From NCBI RefSeq assembly GCF_009914755.1, contig NC_060934.1: a stretch of 64,000 bases of DNA. One strand, written 5' to 3'. The notes under the pieces are model-generated. The model searched no databases. It saw only the letters and a program-made list of their open reading frames with translations, and was not told the origin of the DNA. Positions within the stretch are counted from its first letter, which is position 1. The number at the start of each line of letters is the position of its first letter. This DNA comes from the human T2T-CHM13v2.0 reference genome, Homo sapiens. Of this stretch, positions 23,156 to 35,244 are shown piece by piece. The translations under genes and the position numbers were made by a program.

Positions 23156-25994
23156 GGGAGGGGCACCCAGCCCGGTGGGGAGGGGCAGCTCTGTGCCCTG
23201 GGTGGCTCCAGCCCAGCCTTGTCTACACCCCTGACCCAGGCCCGCCTGCCCTGGCTCCCCTGACTGTGAGGGGCTCCCAGCACCAAGGCCCCTCTGTAGG
23301 GTTCCCACCATGTGTCTTCTCATTTCGGAGGGCCTGGACCTGTGGGCGTGGCTGGGATCTTTCCCAATGCCAGTCATATGGCCTCTGCCACTAGGACAGA
23401 CTAAGGGAGACCCACGGCACACAGCTGCCTTAGGAAAACCCGCCAGGCCCCAGGGGAAGTCCCAGCGAATCCAGCTGCCCAACGACGGGAGAAAGGTTGT
23501 TTCCAGGCATCCTGGATGACTGGCTCCATCCAGTGACTCAGCCCAGAGCTCCTCAGGTGCCCCCTCCAAGGCGCTCTTGGCCTGCGGACATTTGGCGGGA
23601 CACTCATCTCTGGCCAGGAGGCCCACAGCACTCTCCATGGAGTCGAGGGCAAGAAGCACCCTCCACGTTCAGCCTGAGCACGAGGACAGCTCCAGGGGTG
23701 ACTCTGGGCTCTGTTTCCCCAGAACACCCCAGAGAAGTACAAAGCCCACCAGCGACCCCATACACCTCGAATCCAGGGCCTTCCAGGTGCAGGAAAGATG
23801 GCAGAATGTCACCCCAACATCCCCAAAGGAGTAGTCAGGGCCAGGGCAGCCCTTTTGGCCTCTGTGTGAACAACAGGGAGACGTCTGGCTGGGCCCAAGG
23901 CCCCTGCCCCCTCAATCACCTCTTGGTGTGTCTGCCACATCCCAGCCACAGCCTGCCACAACCTCGGGGATGGTAGCCGGGGGAGGTGTGGCCAGGTGGG
24001 CCTGTGCATAGGGACAGACTGGTGACACCATGCTGTTCGCTGGCCTGACTGCTCCACCAGCTCCCCACTTCCCTCTGTGGGCACCCAGTGGGCCTGTGTG
24101 AGGACGAGGCCTGTCTCTCTCTTCCGAGGGCAAGGGAATGAGTTGGGCCTGCGGGGCTAGCCGTGTGCCCCCAGACCTCACAGGACTCCCCCAGCAACTC
24201 CTTGTGCGAGCCATGGCTCTGACGGGAGCTGGGCCTCCATGTTCAGGGCCAGGGCCCTGCCTACATCTGATCCACCCACACCTCTTCCCTGAAGCCCGGG
24301 CGGCCAGTCTATAAGCGCAAAACATGCCCGTCCCTAGCCCATCCCTAGAACCGCCCGCTGACCAGCTTTCTGCATCTGTCTTCTCTTCTGTTCTCATTAC
24401 AAAAATCGCAGGTGCTCACCGCATATTATTAAGAAAATGTAAAAAAATCTGAAAAGAACATTAGAATTACCCATAATCACCCCCACCGGAGATAAATCCG
24501 TTATCTCTTTGGTATATTTCCTTTTGGGACACACACATATAGACCCATATATTTATATGTAGACCAAGTGAGAGTGGTGGGAACCACCTGGCCTGCTACA
24601 CTCTGTGGCACTTGCACAGGCAGGGGCCTGAGTGCTGCAGCTTCCTCCCTGCCCGGCACAGGCAGCCACAGGGCCTCCCTCCTGCAGCAGGGCCGGCAGG
24701 ACCTCCTGCCCATTCACCCACCCCAGTCACTGCCTCTGTCCCCACCCCTGCCAGGTGCACCCATGAGATGCACTCCCGAGGGCAGCGATGCCCGGCAGGC
24801 CCATCCCCGAGGGCCCACAGCACAGCTGCAGTTAGAGAAGGGACTTCTTCCAGCGCAGCCAAGTTCATGCCTGCAACAGACTTCAGGGCCTGGAGAGGGT
24901 TGTGTTTGCGCTCCTTCTGGAAGCATCCTGCTTGGACCCTGCCAGCCCTGTGGTGGCCAGAGGTCCCGGGGCCAGGCTTTTGTCTCGGCCCTCAGAGACG
25001 GGCATTTGGGGAGAGCTGGCAACAGCAAGGACGCAGCCAGGCCCCGGCATGTTTGTGTCCTAGAGAAGTGGAGCTGGCTCTCCCTGGAGGCCACTCACAA
25101 AGCCAGGCATGCCTGGGGCAGTGGGTGAGTCTGGGGCAGAGGAGGGCAGATGCCCCATCCACCTGCCCATGCAGAGACAGATGGGACCACCCAGGAGGGC
25201 CAGGCCAGGCTCCTTCCTCGGTCCAGGCCCAGCCCAGCACCCCTGGTCTGGTCTGCTCTGGCCCATGACACAGAGAACCAGGCTGCTCACTGTCAGCAGC
25301 TGGCCAGGAGCAGGCCCACTCCAAGAGTGTCACGACCCTCTTCCACCGACACCACTGCACCCAGCCGTACAATACAGATCTTCCCATCTTCTGGAGCTGG
25401 TGTGGCCCTGACGGTGCCTTTCCAGAGCCAGTGCCCAGTGCAGGCCTCTCGGCACAGTGTGGGCGAGCCCCAGGGGGTCCTATTGGCCCTGGGCTCTGCT
25501 ATTGCTGAGCAGTTGACTCTGTCCCTAAGAATAGGAGGAGATGGGTGCCTGGGGACCAAGCACAGCTGGTCACCCCAGAGTGCAAGGCCAGTGGGTCCCA
25601 TTTCCTGCCCAGTGAGTCTGGCTGTCCCGGTGGCCTCTTCCTGCCTCCGAAGCCCTGGACTGAAAGCAGCACGTGATCAGCTGGACGTGGGGGAGGGACC
25701 TTCCCTGGAGCAGAAGCCTCTCGAAGGCCCTGTGTTCAGCTGAGAGTGGGTTCCAGAAAGTCATGGAATCTTCCAGAAAAGATGCCACCTACATCCCCGG
25801 GATGGCTTTGGTGAACGTGAACGTGGTGGGCTCCTGCGTCAACAGCATGGGCCTTGGCCAATCTGAGCTCCAAGGCATGCCCAGAAGACCTCCCCCAGGT
25901 GCCCACAGCTATCCTTGAAGTTGCAGAGACAGACCCCAGAATGAGCCGTGACGCCGTGCTCAAAGTGACCAAAATCCACCCAGAGCACATGCGA

Positions 25995-26528
25995 CGTGCA
26001 TGTGTGCCTGCGTGCGTGCATGTGTGTGCCTGTGTGAGGATGTGTGTGTGCCTGTGTGCCTGCATGTGGGGTGTGGGGGTGTGTGTGCCTGCATGTGGAT
26101 ACGTGTGTGCCTGTCTGCCTGTGTGTGGATGCATGTCTGTGTGTGCCTGCGTGTGGATGCATGTGTGCCTGTGTGCATGCATGTGGATGCATGTGTATGC
26201 CTGTGTGGATGCATGTAGATGTGTGTGTGCCTGCATGTGGATACTTGTGTGGGTGTGTATGCCCATGTGAGTGTATGCCTGCATGTGTGTGTGTCTGTGG
26301 ATGTGTGTAGATGTGCATGTTCCTGTGTGCCTGTGGGTGGATGTGTGTGTGCATGTGTGTGCCTGCATGTGGATGTGTGTGTTCATGTGTGCGTGTGTGC
26401 CTGCGTGTGGACGCATGTGTGCGTGTGCGCGCCTGTGTGTGGATGCATGTGTGCATGTGCGGATGTCTGTCTGTGGATTTGTGTGCATCTGTGTGTGGAC
26501 TCGTGTGTGTGTGCATGTGTGCCTGCAT
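25995..26528. repeat. Degenerate TG-rich simple repeat
   Basis: Directly visible. Confidence 0.92.
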
Positions 26529-26609
26529 GAGGGGGCCTTTCCCCCACCCCACCACAGGCTGGCACTCCCAAAACAGCTGGAGTGCTGCCCTCATCTCCCA
26601 CTACCCTCA

Positions 26610-27200
26610 CCCCCAGCACACAGGATCTGGGCCCACTGTCTCCCCCCCAGCACACGGGATCTGGACCCACTGTCTCCCCTGCCCAGCACACGGGATCTGG
26701 GCCCACTGTCTCCCCCCAGCACACGGGATCTGGACCCACTGTCTTCCCAGCACACGGGATCTGGGCCCACTGTCTCCCCCCAGCACACGGGATCTGGACC
26801 CACTCTCTCCCCAGCACACAGGATCTGGGCCCACTGTCTCCCCCCCAGCACACGGGATCTGGGCCCACTGTCTCCCCCCCAGCACACGGGATCTGGGCCC
26901 ACTGTCTCCCCCCCAGCACACGGGATCTGGGCCCACTGTCTCCCCCCCAGCACACGGGATCTGGGCCCACTGTCTACCCCCCCAGCACACGGGATCTGGA
27001 CCCACTGTCTCCCCAGCACACAGGATCTGGGCCCACTCTCTCCCCAGCACACAGGATCTGGGCCCACTGTCTCCCCAGCACATAGGATCTGGGCCCACTG
27101 TCTCCCCAGCACACAGGATCTGGGCCCACTGTCTCCCCAGCACACAGGATCTGGGCCCACTCTCTCCCCAGCACACAGGATCTGGGCCCACTGTCTCCTC
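26610..27200. repeat. ~33-37-bp VNTR (CCCAGCACACRGGATCTGGRCCCACTGTCTCCC), about 17 copies
   Basis: Directly visible; C-run length varies between units. Confidence 0.96.
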
Positions 27201-28218
27201 AGCAGCGTCCCTGAGCCCCACTGTCCATGGCCCCAGCCACCACTGTGGTGCAGACTCTGGCTCTCAGGACCCCCCCCACCCCCTGCCATCTCCACTCCAT
27301 GGGTTCCCTCACACTAGGCTGAGTGATGCCCAGCACCAGGCATCTCTTGCAGGGCCCGGGACCCCATTCCTCGAAGACGGCTCAGGGCCGAGGGTGGTTG
27401 CGTGGCAGGCACTAGGCCTCTCAAATTGGCCTGCAGAATGCTGCCTGCGGTGGGACAGGGCCTACTCCGCCAGCCGACAGCATGTGTACCCTCGAGGCCA
27501 GCAGAAGAGAAAGGGAGGTTTCATGTTCTAATTTTCATTTTCGTCAGAATATACTCATAGAGTGAGAACTCAAGCAGCACAGGAAAGGCTGGGGCAGGAC
27601 TTCCTGAGCCCCCACGGCCACTCTTCAACCCAGGAGCCTCTCCCTGAGCCCGGTTTCTGGTCCTAGAGCCTTAAGCCTGGCAAGACACTCGCCCCGCCGC
27701 TCCTGCCCCATGCCTTTGGGGGTGTCGGGATGCCCCACTTTAAGCCGGGCTGAGCTCATCTCCACCCGACCTCCCCGCACTCACATCAGTGGCCTTTTCA
27801 GTCCTGCCGTCCTGGTGGGGTGCAGTGGCCCAGGGTCCTGGCTACCTAATGAGCTCCCCAGGCAAACGTTGGAGCAGAAGGGATCACAAGTGGCACAGCC
27901 AAAGGAACGGATTCCAGAAACGTGAGCTGGTGGTTGAAAACACTCACGTGAGCAATTGAAAAGGCCGTGAAACCATTACCAAACATTGAGAGCAGAAATG
28001 GAATTTAAAGCGAAGGTGGGTAAAACCCCGAATTCTCCTGATCCCAGATTTCTTTTTCTTTTTTAAGCTTATTTGCTTATTACAAAATGAATCCACTCTT
28101 TTTACAGAACAATTACAAAATATTGACAGCCAAGCATGGTATCCTAAACCAGCCCATCCCTCACACATTCAGGGGCAGCTCCTGTTAACCCGGGGTTCCC
28201 TCCTCAGGGCTGTTAGCA

Positions 28219-28587
28219 GGTGCGTATGCATGTGAGTGTGGGTGTGCGTGTGTGCATATGAGTGTGCATGTGCGTATGTGCACGTGTGACTTGCGTGAGT
28301 GTGCATGTGCGTGTGCGTGTGTGCACGCATGTGTGTGTGAATGTAGGAGCGCATGTGTGCATGTATGTATGAGTGCATTGCATGTGTGCACGTGTGTGTG
28401 CATGTGTGTACGTATATGTGTATGAGTGTGTGTGTGCACGTGTGTGTGCATGTGCGTGTGTGCGCATGCATGTGAGTTTAGGAGTGCATGTGTGCATGTA
28501 TGTGTATAAGTGGGCATGTGAGTGTATGAGTGTGCATGTGTGTACATGTGTGTGTTTACGCATGTGTATGCATGTGTGCGTGTGTAT
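28219..28587. repeat. Degenerate (TG/TGCA) simple repeat
   Basis: Directly visible. Confidence 0.92.
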
Positions 28588-28789
28588 TCTTAACCCAAGG
28601 GAGGCACTGCTTACCACTGGATCATAACCAGATGTTTAACCAGTCTTCAGAGGGAGGACATTTAGGTTCTTTCCAAATGCAGCACAGAGCAGGGGCGCTG
28701 GGGAAGGGGAAAGGAAAAAGAGCTCAGCGCAGGGAACTCGTGATCTTGTAGAGACAAACGGAAACATTCACACACCAAGGGACAGCAGC

Positions 28790-28970
28790 AGAATGGAGGG
28801 GCTGAAATGGGGGGGCCGGAATGGGGGGGGCAGATGGGGGATTGGAATGGGGGGGCCAGAATGGAGGGGCCAGAATGGGGGGCCTGGAATGCGGGGGCCG
28901 GAATGGGGGGACCGGAATGGGGGGGCTGGAATGGGGTGCCGGAATGGGGGGGCCGGAATGGGCGGGGGGC
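28790..28970 (+). repeat. ~14-bp G-rich minisatellite (CCGGAATGGGGGGG)n
   Basis: Directly visible, about 13 degenerate units. Confidence 0.9.
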
Positions 28971-29309
28971 CAGGACGGGGCGGCCGGCATGAGGTACTAG
29001 ACTCTTCCTTAAGTGGGGTGGGACACATCCACAATAAAATGTTTAAAAAGAAGGAAAAGGACCAGGGCACTTCAGAAAAAATGAAGGAAGCCACATGGGA
29101 GACGTCACAAGGCATTGCCCACCCCTTGCCCACCCCGTGGGCTCCCAGCCAGCAGGCAGGGCAGGGTGCACACTTCCTCCTGCCTCCCCGAGGTCCCCGG
29201 GGCTGACCACAGGTTCACATGGGCAGCGAGGTGGTCGCAGGAGGACGGGGCCTGGAGATCCAGCCCCAGATGACACTGCAGGCCCCGGCAGGGGACGGTG
29301 CCACCCTCA

Positions 29310-30048
<739 letters not shown>

Positions 30049-30239
30049 TTAATGGGGGCTTTTTTAAATGAATATTTCTCAGCTGTTGGTGAGCTCAGCT
30101 GAGGGAGGGCGGGCGCCACGGGTCCCTGACTCAGACCTGACTGTGGGGCTGGGACACGACTGCCCCTAGTGGGAGCAAGGCCCAACGGTTGGGGGGTGCC
30201 CAGCGCCCAGCCAGCAGCTGGGGTGTCTGTGGGGGCTCC

Positions 30240-31000
30240 CCCATCGCCCTCCCCTCCCCCTTCCCTTCCTTCCCTCTCCTCTCAACCCCCACTCCCCTCA
30301 CACCTTCCCCTCCCCCTCACTCCTCTCCCCTCTCCTCAGGGCTCCCTGGCTTCCTGCCTCACCCTTCCCCTCCCCCCACTCCCCTCCCCTTCCTCAGGGC
30401 TCCCTCCCCTCCTCACTCCCTCCCCGCTCACTCCCCTCCCCTTCCTCAGGGCCCCCTCCCCACTCACTCCCACCCCACTCACTCCCCTCCCCTTCTTCAG
30501 GGCTCCCTCCCCCCCCACTCCCTCCCCGCTCACTCCCTCTGGCCTCTCCTCAGGGCTCCCTTCCCCCTGTCACTCCCTCCCTGCTCAATCCCTCTCCCCT
30601 TCCTCAGGGCTCCCTCCCCGCTCACTCCCCTCCCCTTCCTCAGGGCTCCCTTCCCCCTGTCACTCCCTCCCCACTCACTCCCTCTCCCCTTCCTCAGGGC
30701 TCCCTCCCCTCACTCCCTCCCCACTCACTCCCTCTCCCCTTCCTCAGGGCTCCCCGCCTCACTCCCTCCCTGCTCACTCCCCTCCCCTTCCTCAGGGCTC
30801 CCCACCCCCCCACTCCTCCTCCCCTCTCCTCAGGGCTCCCCCCCTCACTCCCACTCACTCTCCTCCCCTCTCCTCAGGGCTCCCTCCCTCCTCACTCCCT
30901 CCCCGCTCACTCCCCTCCCCTTCCTCAGGGCTCCCTCCCCCCTCACTCCCTCCCCCGCTCGCTCACTCCCTCTCGCCTCTCCTCAGGGCTCCCCGGCTTC
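30240..31000. repeat. Imperfect C-rich minisatellite (CTTCCTCAGGGCTCCCTCCCC..CTCACTCCCT)
   Basis: Recurrent CCTCAGGGCTCC anchor roughly every 30-45 bp. Confidence 0.92.
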
Positions 31001-31397
31001 CTGCCTCTCTGAATTCCTCCTCCAGACCCTCAAGGCTCCCTGCTCATTCCCTCTGGGGTCCTGAGGTCTCCAAGGGCCACTCTGGCTTCCCCCCTGCAGA
31101 CCCACCCTCCTAGGGGAACAGGGTGACCCCACACAGACACTGATGGGACAAGAGAACCAGCCCTGCAGAAAGCCTCCAGGTGAGGCTGACAGTGCTGGTC
31201 CTGTGACGGGGAAGCAGGTGAGAGCCATCTCTGGCCTCAAGGCTGATCAGCAGCCCCCAAGGTGTCCTCTGCAGAGAGGGCCAGCCTCAGGCCTGCCACC
31301 CCGTAGACCACAGGGACCTGTCCTGAGATTCCTCCATTTCTGAGCACCAGCCTAGGAAATGATGGAGGGTCTGGCCCCCAGGCCCAGACCCCCAGGC

Positions 31398-31562
31398 CCC
31401 CTGCCCCCGTCTAGGTCCCCAGGTACTTGCAGAAAAGAAGGGGTGAGCACAGCCTTCTGTAAGGGGGCGCCCGAGTCCTGGCCAAGGTGGCCGCCCACCC
31501 TGGGGCTCCAAGGTCCAGGCAGCCACCTCTTCGGTCTCTGCCCTTAATGTGGGGCAGAGTGG
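31398..31562. repeat. Left arm of 165-bp inverted repeat (partner 32713-32877)
   Basis: 161/165 identity to the reverse complement of 32713-32877; the outer 113 bp are identical. Confidence 0.96.
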
Positions 31563-31893
31563 CAGGTCAGAGCCCCGGCCCTGGCCCCGGCCCCAGCCCC
31601 AGCTCCTCCTCAGCCACAGGGGCATCTCCAATTCCTGAAATAATTCAGTTCCCTCTCCTGGGCACCTCTAGAGCCCAGCTGGGCCCAGGGTGTGTTCTGC
31701 AGTTGTGGGGGTGGGGGGGAGGATTTTGCAACCCTACCCTCTCTGCAGGGTACCTCCGGTGGCTCTGGCCTCTGGGCCCCATGCTGTGCCAGACACACAG
31801 AGAGGCTCAGCCAGTTATTTCCAAGAGGCCAGGCAGGCAGGAGAGGCCCAGGATCTGCCAGGACTGGGAAGGGAGGCAGGAGGCTTCTCTGGG

Positions 31894-31899
31894 TATAAA
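31894..31899 (+). promoter_or_regulatory. TATA-like element (TATAAAG)
   Basis: gggTATAAAgcag in GC-rich context next to the first exon. Confidence 0.4.
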
Positions 31900-31908
31900 G
31901 CAGCTGAA

Positions 31909-31937
31909 ATGTGGAGTTTCCTCCCAGGAGCTGAGAG
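31909..31937 (+). CDS. C10orf91: C10orf91 ORF exon 1 (MWSFLPGAE-)
   Basis: ATG at 31909; donor AG|gtagct at 31938; 29 nt. Confidence 0.75.
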
Positions 31938-32354
31938 GTAGCTGCAGGGCGAGCCCTGGGGGAAGTGTGCAGCCGCTGGAGCTCCGTCCTGGGCAGGGGT
32001 GGTCACGGCTTGAGGATGGCAAGGGCTGATGCCTTGTTTGCTTTTAAAATTGTTGCTATTTGCTGTAGTTCCCCTGTTATTCCTAAACTCTCAGGAAGCA
32101 CCTACTGGCCTCAAGGTAGTCTCGCTTATGGGGCTGGGGATGAAGAAGAGTGGGGTGTGCAGGTGGGCAGAGCTCCAGCGGCAGGAGGCTGAGGGCGGGC
32201 TGGGGAGTAGCAGCAGGGGATGGGCACGAGGCCCCTTCGGTCCTCCTGCAGCTGTTTTAATGTGGCGTTTTGGAAAGAGCCGCACCCCGTGGGTGCCTAT
32301 GGGAAGGAGGCGTCTTAGTCACATGCCCCTAACGATTGCGGCGTTTCTCTACAG

Positions 32355-32438
32355 CGTGTCCATGGGCCCAGTGCCTGGCGTGTCCTCCCTGGGAGCTTGC
32401 TGGACGCATGACCAGGATTCTGGGAGGGCAGAGGACAG
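32355..32438 (+). CDS. C10orf91: C10orf91 ORF exon 2 (SVSMGPVPGVSSLGACWTHDQDSGRAED-)
   Basis: Acceptor tttctctacAG at 32354; donor AG|gtgggt at 32439; 84 nt, in frame. Confidence 0.8.
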
Positions 32439-32712
32439 GTGGGTCCTGGTGGTAGGTCAGCTGCTGAGTTTCCCTATGACGTTTGTTCCGCTGGTGCCCA
32501 GAGCCCCTTCAAGGTGTCCATCATCAGGGGAGAAGTGGCGCCACAAACTGCCTTTTAACCCTGGGGTCCTGCCAAGAGGTCTGGGGTGTCCTGGGGCCTG
32601 TGGCCTGGGCTGCAAGTGCAGCCAGTTCCCTCAGGGCATGGCCACCAGCCCTGGGCTCCCGTGCCCGGGTTTCCCTGCCTGCCTGGCTGGTCAGAGGAGG
32701 GAGTCCCTCTAT

Positions 32713-32877
32713 CCACTCTGCCCCACATTAAGGGGAGAGACTGAAGAGGTGGCTGCCTGGACTGTGGAGCCCCAGGGTGGGCGGCCACCTTGGCCAGGAC
32801 TCGGGCGCCCCCTTACAGAAGGCTGTGCTCACCCCTTCTTTTCTGCAAGTACCTGGGGACCTAGACGGGGGCAGGGG
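32713..32877. repeat. Right arm of 165-bp inverted repeat (partner 31398-31562)
   Basis: See left arm; near-identical peptides appear on opposite strands in the ORF track. Confidence 0.96.
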
Positions 32878-34395
32878 ATGCCCAAAAGGGCCTAGACACC
32901 TTCCATGGCAGCCGCCATCACAGGGTCTGTGGGAGGGCGTGTCCTCCCTTCCGCAGGCCTGGTGGGCAGCGAGGCCGTGCAGCTGCGACCCACCCTCACA
33001 TCCGGGCCGGGAGCGGACTGAGGCCCAAGGCTGAGCCTCCACTCTGGACCTGGGACGTCTGGGCAGAGGAGCCCCGTGGTGGGGCCAGGGCGAGGGCATA
33101 GGGGCCTCAGGGTGGGCCCTGGGTACCCTTGACCTGCAGAGGCGTGTGGGGAGGTTCCAGCAGCTTCTTGGAGAGGCCCGGGGTAGAAGCACTAGCAGGT
33201 GAGCTATTGTGGGCCTTGGCGAGGCCCAGCCTTGAGCCGGATGGCCCGTGCCCCAGCTTGGAGGGGCTTGTGGGCAGTGGAGTACCGAAGGGACCTAGGC
33301 AGTGGGAGGAAGGAGAGATGAGGGCTAGACCCAGGCAGAAGGTGCAAGATGGCCCGCCGGCCTGGCCCAGACAGGAGGGTGGGGTGGGCAGGAGGAGGTG
33401 GGGGTCCTGAGGTCAGTGCTTCAGCTGCTCGGGCTGGCAGGATGCCCACCCTGCTGGGAAGGAGCCTGGCCTTTCTCCAGAGCCACAGCAGGGGCCTGGG
33501 CACCCCGCACTTGGTCCAGGCTGAGGAGGCCTCAGGTGCTGGGAGGCCTGGGAGGGCCCGGAAGAGCCTGCCTTTCTGCCCCCTGCTGCCTCACTGTGGG
33601 AGGGCACAGAGGAAGTGAAGGGCGGGAGCTGGGAGAAGCGGGAGGAGGAGGGGCAAGAGGAGGGACAGGAGAGGCTGGGTGCCCAGGTGCTCTCTGAGCA
33701 GGACCTTCCATGCGGCTCTGGGGGGCCCCTGGCACTGGCAGGTCAGGGGTCAATGAGAGGAGGGAAAGGTGGCCGGGAGCAGCTGCTGGGGCGGGGGAGG
33801 GCAGGAAGTGCATGAATCAACGCATGGGTGGGGGTCCCCTGAGAGGCCCATGGGAGCCCCTGAGCCCGGCCCCTGGTAGAGGGGCACCAGGCCCAGCTGT
33901 GGGATTGTGCCTGGGATTCCTGCGGCTGGGATTTCCTGAAAACCCCTCCTGCCTCAGCTTTGAATCCGAGGGTCATCAGGAAGCGGTTCTGGGGCCCGAT
34001 GGCCAGAGACCCAGGGACTGGGCAGAGGGCCTCTCCCTCCAGCAGCAGGGGTCACCCGTAGGCCCAGAAGCCCAGCCCTGGGGCCCAAGGAGGGCTGCCC
34101 CAGGCAGTGGTGTAGACAGGCTCTCAGAGCCTCCACGTGGCCCAGACTTGGGCTGGAGGGACTGAAGGTGGGGGCGCAGTGGGGCCCTGGGGAAGCCAGG
34201 CTGATCACACCCAGGTGCTTCAGGCAGGGCCTGGCAGGGCGAGGTCCACTGGGCTTTTTCCTAACGGGGTGGGGGATGGAGGGGCTCCCAGTCGGGCCCC
34301 TTCTTGTGTGCAGCCTCCTCCCTCTTCTCTCCCCTTCCCTCCTTTCTTGTCTGAATTAATCTCTCCCTCTCGCCCACTTCCCCACCTCTCAAAAG

Positions 34396-34720
34396 ACCAC
34401 AGGCACCCAGGATAACTCAGTACACATGGGTTCTCAGCTTCCTGTTCACAGAGAAACCTCAGACAAGAAGCACGTCGCCCATTTCTCATCAAGGCCAACC
34501 CCAGACCACGAGAGCGCTTTCTCTGCGTCAGCCCCAGCACCCCAGCGCCCCTGCCTCCGGGCGCCCGCGGCCTCCGCACTCCAGTGGCCCAGACCTGGCT
34601 GAGGCAGCTCCCGTGGTAGATCAAGCCTCACAGGCGGCTGGAAGAGCCAGTTCTGGGCTGGGCCTGTGGGAACAGGCGTCTGTTAGTCAGGGTTTCAGGA
34701 ATGCGGCCTTCGAAGCCTGA
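34396..34720 (+). CDS. C10orf91: C10orf91 ORF exon 3 (RPQAPRITQYTWVLSF...RNAAFEA-stop); uncharacterised 145-aa product, translation unproven
   Basis: Pyrimidine tract and AG at 34394-34395; 29+84+325 = 438 nt = 145 codons plus TGA (34718-34720). Confidence 0.8.
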
Positions 34721-34930
34721 AGCGGGGAATGGCGGCTCTGGGCCCTCAAGGGGCAGGCGGTGAGCCTGGGAGGCCAGGCCGGGCTGACCCAAGGGGAGAG
34801 GACCCTCTCCGCCCACTGCCGCTGGCCCTGGGCAGGTCTAGAGCCTGGGGGTCTCCAGAGGCACAATCCCTTATCTCCGGGAGAAGGCAGAGGGCAGAGG
34901 CAGGAAACAAATCTCCTGTCAAAATTCCTA

Positions 34931-34936
34931 ATTAAA
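34931..34936 (+). terminator. Proximal polyA signal ATTAAA of LINC02870/C10orf91
   Basis: Variant hexamer ~210 nt after the stop codon. Confidence 0.5.
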
Positions 34937-35244
34937 ATACTAAGTAAGTGATGGCTCCAGGCTGAGACACCGGACACTGAGAGAATAAGGGAAAATCAGC
35001 CCCGACAGCCAGGGCTAACAAGACGGTTAATTACAGCCCGAGAAGAACGTTAACAGTATTAATTCTAACCACAAAGGAGGAAAAGAGAAGACCGCCTAAG
35101 AAGGAGAAGGAGGGTCCCTTTCCCAGATGAGGCTGCCCTAACCACTGGGACCTCGGCCCCTCCCAGGCCTGAGGGAGCCCAGCTCTGCCTGGCCCCACCC
35201 ATCTCACACCAGCCCTGCCTGACCCGCCCACCTCACCCCAACCC

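Larger units (their letters stand above)
31840..34955 (+). ncRNA. LINC02870: LINC02870 (formerly C10orf91) transcript span; ends approximate
   Basis: Three exons with GT-AG introns reconstruct the remembered C10orf91 protein; ATTAAA at 34931-34936. The current lncRNA status is recalled, not visible in sequence. Confidence 0.75.

Noticed and set aside
31456-31472. CTCF-like AGGGGGCGC inside both 165-bp arms (convergent)
   Set aside because: The 5' half (CTGTA) fits the consensus poorly; not supportable without ChIP data.
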